Positions 62,634-64,000 of a DNA stretch of 64,000 bases are shown piece after piece. The first letter of the stretch is position 1, and every line of letters begins with the position of its first letter. This stretch comes from Nitrospirota bacterium (GTDB taxonomy: Bacteria; Nitrospirota; UBA9217): assembly GCA_020052615.1 (NCBI GenBank), contig JAGVOT010000123.1, positions 88,047 through 152,046 of the forward strand. Direction: 5' to 3'. The notes beneath the pieces are model-generated. The model worked only from the letters and a program-made list of their open reading frames with translations, did no database searches and was not told where the DNA came from. The position numbers and the translations under genes were made by a program.

Positions 62634-63830
62634 ATGATACTGCATATTGTTGCTGACGATAAGTTTATTGACATGGCGTTTCGTATATTTGAGGAAGTTC
62701 ATCCCTGTCAGAATGAGTTTCTAATTATTACGAAGAATAAAAGGTTTAAATATATTAAAAATACACCCGTAGTGTCGATAGAGCCAAGAAGCATTTTTCG
62801 CAACAGTTTCTTAAAGTCACTAAAGAAATATGATATGGTTATTCTGCATATATTGGACGACATTAAGATGCTGATGCTAACCAGAGTTTCTAAGGATATA
62901 AAGTTTGTTTGGATAGGATGGGGTTATGATTATTACGATCTTATTTATAAAAAAAAATGCAATTTATATTTACCGTTGACTTTGAAACTATATTCCCAAA
63001 ACAAGGGTGCTGAACATCTATCGTTAAGAAATAGGATTAAATCAACCATATTCATAATATATTATTGTTTAAAAGGGAAAAATAATATTATCAATCGAAT
63101 TAACTACTTTTCCCCTGTACTGTACGAAGATTATGAACTAATCAGAAAATCTATTCCGAATTTCCATCCGAACTACATCTCTTGGAACTATGGTACTCTA
63201 GAAGATGATGTGATTCCTGGCTATGAGAAAATAGAAGTATCTGCTAATAATATATTGGTTGGAAATAGCTCAACATATGAAAATAATCATTTCGACGCAT
63301 TTGATCAGTTATCGCGCATTAAATTACATCAAAGGAAAGTAATAGTACCGCTTAGCTATGGCGAGATGAAGTATCGTGACATAATAGCTGAAATTGGGCG
63401 TAAATATTGGGGAGATTCATGTGTGCCAATTGTCAAATATCTGCCAATTAAGGACTATATAAGGCTGATCGGCTCTTGTTCCGTAGTTGTTATGAATCAC
63501 GTGAGACAGCAGGCACTCGGCAACATCGCTATTATGATGTATCTCGGAGCAGCAGTATTCCTGAGAAAGCAGAATCCGATATATGACTTTTTCAAGAAAG
63601 AAGGGGCTTATATTTATGCTTTCGAAGATCTTATCAATGACCACGAATTAATAAATATACGTTTGGCCAATTCTGAAATAGAAATTAATAGAGAAGTATT
63701 AAGAAAACATTGGGGTAGAGCTGCTATTCATACGAAAACAAGGAATTTAATAAGAACGGTTATGGCTGATGCGAAAAGTGATGATCATCGGAACTTTGTT
63801 GCGACGACGAATGACGCGACATGTCATTGA
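62634..63830 (+). CDS. Glycosyltransferase family 56 (WecF-like TDP-Fuc4NAc:lipid-II 4-alpha-L-fucosaminyltransferase), low-GC acquired gene
   Basis: Collinear similarity to WecF: MILHIVADD against MTVLIHVLGSD, VWIGWGYDYYD against FWHIWGADLYE, ILVGNSSTYENNH against ILVGNSGDRSNEH. GC ~30% against ~60% for the replicon. Confidence 0.7.
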   Translation: MILHIVADDKFIDMAFRIFEEVHPCQNEFLIITKNKRFKYIKNTPVVSIEPRSIFRNSFLKSLKKYDMVILHILDDIKMLMLTRVSKDIKFVWIGWGYDYYDLIYKKKCNLYLPLTLKLYSQNKGAEHLSLRNRIKSTIFIIYYCLKGKNNIINRINYFSPVLYEDYELIRKSIPNFHPNYISWNYGTLEDDVIPGYEKIEVSANNILVGNSSTYENNHFDAFDQLSRIKLHQRKVIVPLSYGEMKYRDIIAEIGRKYWGDSCVPIVKYLPIKDYIRLIGSCSVVVMNHVRQQALGNIAIMMYLGAAVFLRKQNPIYDFFKKEGAYIYAFEDLINDHELINIRLANSEIEINREVLRKHWGRAAIHTKTRNLIRTVMADAKSDDHRNFVATTNDATCH

Positions 63831-64000
63831 AGGCATTAATTTGTCGCTCTAGTGGTAAATGTATATAATCTAACTCATTATCCATGATAAATGCAATATG
63901 CTGCATGGCGTTGTGACATGCGAGGCTGAAACGAATGCATAAGGTCTGCTATCTTGATCACAACTGGATATCCTTCAAGCTGAATAATGATAACGTTAAA

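Noticed and set aside
62013-62640. Possible mobile-element junction where GC drops to ~30%.
   Set aside because: No inverted repeats, transposase or integrase remnants were seen. The drop coincides with gene boundaries, so it fits acquisition of whole genes but no element could be delineated.

Overview
This 64 kb window looks like chromosomal DNA from a high-GC (~60%) Gram-negative bacterium. The gene content suggests Desulfuromonadales / Geobacter: a c-type-haem sensor kinase, NtrC-type sigma-54 activators, the yicC-remA-gmk-rpoZ-coaBC block, a roadblock/LC7 protein and FecR-domain proteins. Positions 1-47.5 kb are mostly housekeeping genes on the plus strand. These are two two-component/sigma-54 modules, ligA, nfo, a MATE pump, tldD, mogA, a ROK kinase, lepA, lepB, yicC, gmk, rpoZ, coaBC, aroQ, pepP, efp, accBC, thiE, livK-livH, queC, queD, pmbA, hflX, ihfA and a MerR gene. 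A tRNA-Pro(GGG) with a terminator sits at 47.57 kb. After it comes a surface-polysaccharide locus: two FecR-domain proteins, an outer-membrane beta-barrel, Wza, Wzc, a PHP tyrosine phosphatase, a Wzy-type polymerase, a TPR protein, a DegT aminotransferase, a PLP decarboxylase, an ATP-grasp enzyme, a GNAT and a WecF-like GT56. GC in this locus drops stepwise from ~60% to ~30% at its distal end, which fits mosaic horizontal acquisition. The observations I rate highest are:
- an NRAMP-family transporter whose metal site reads DAGG / T-P-Y instead of DPGN / M-P-H, paired with a detached soluble MgtE-N/CBS sensor protein; this makes it a candidate NRMT-type Mg2+ system with its own operator-like palindrome;
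- a Cache-like periplasmic sensor kinase carrying a single CXXCH haem-c motif;
- a histone-H1-like Lys/Ala-rich protein fused to an EF-Tu domain-2-like barrel, next to a ~760 bp AT-rich island;
- two genome-decay scars: a livK-livH operon stump fused to a 5'-truncated purH with several in-frame stops and frameshifts, and a collapsed sensor-GGDEF gene;
- a recurring GCTGGC-NN-GCCAGC palindrome upstream of three EPS-locus genes;
- a 7-bp tandem repeat inside queC.
No CRISPR array, integrase or transposase was seen. All calls come from reading the sequence and the ORF translations; no database search was run.
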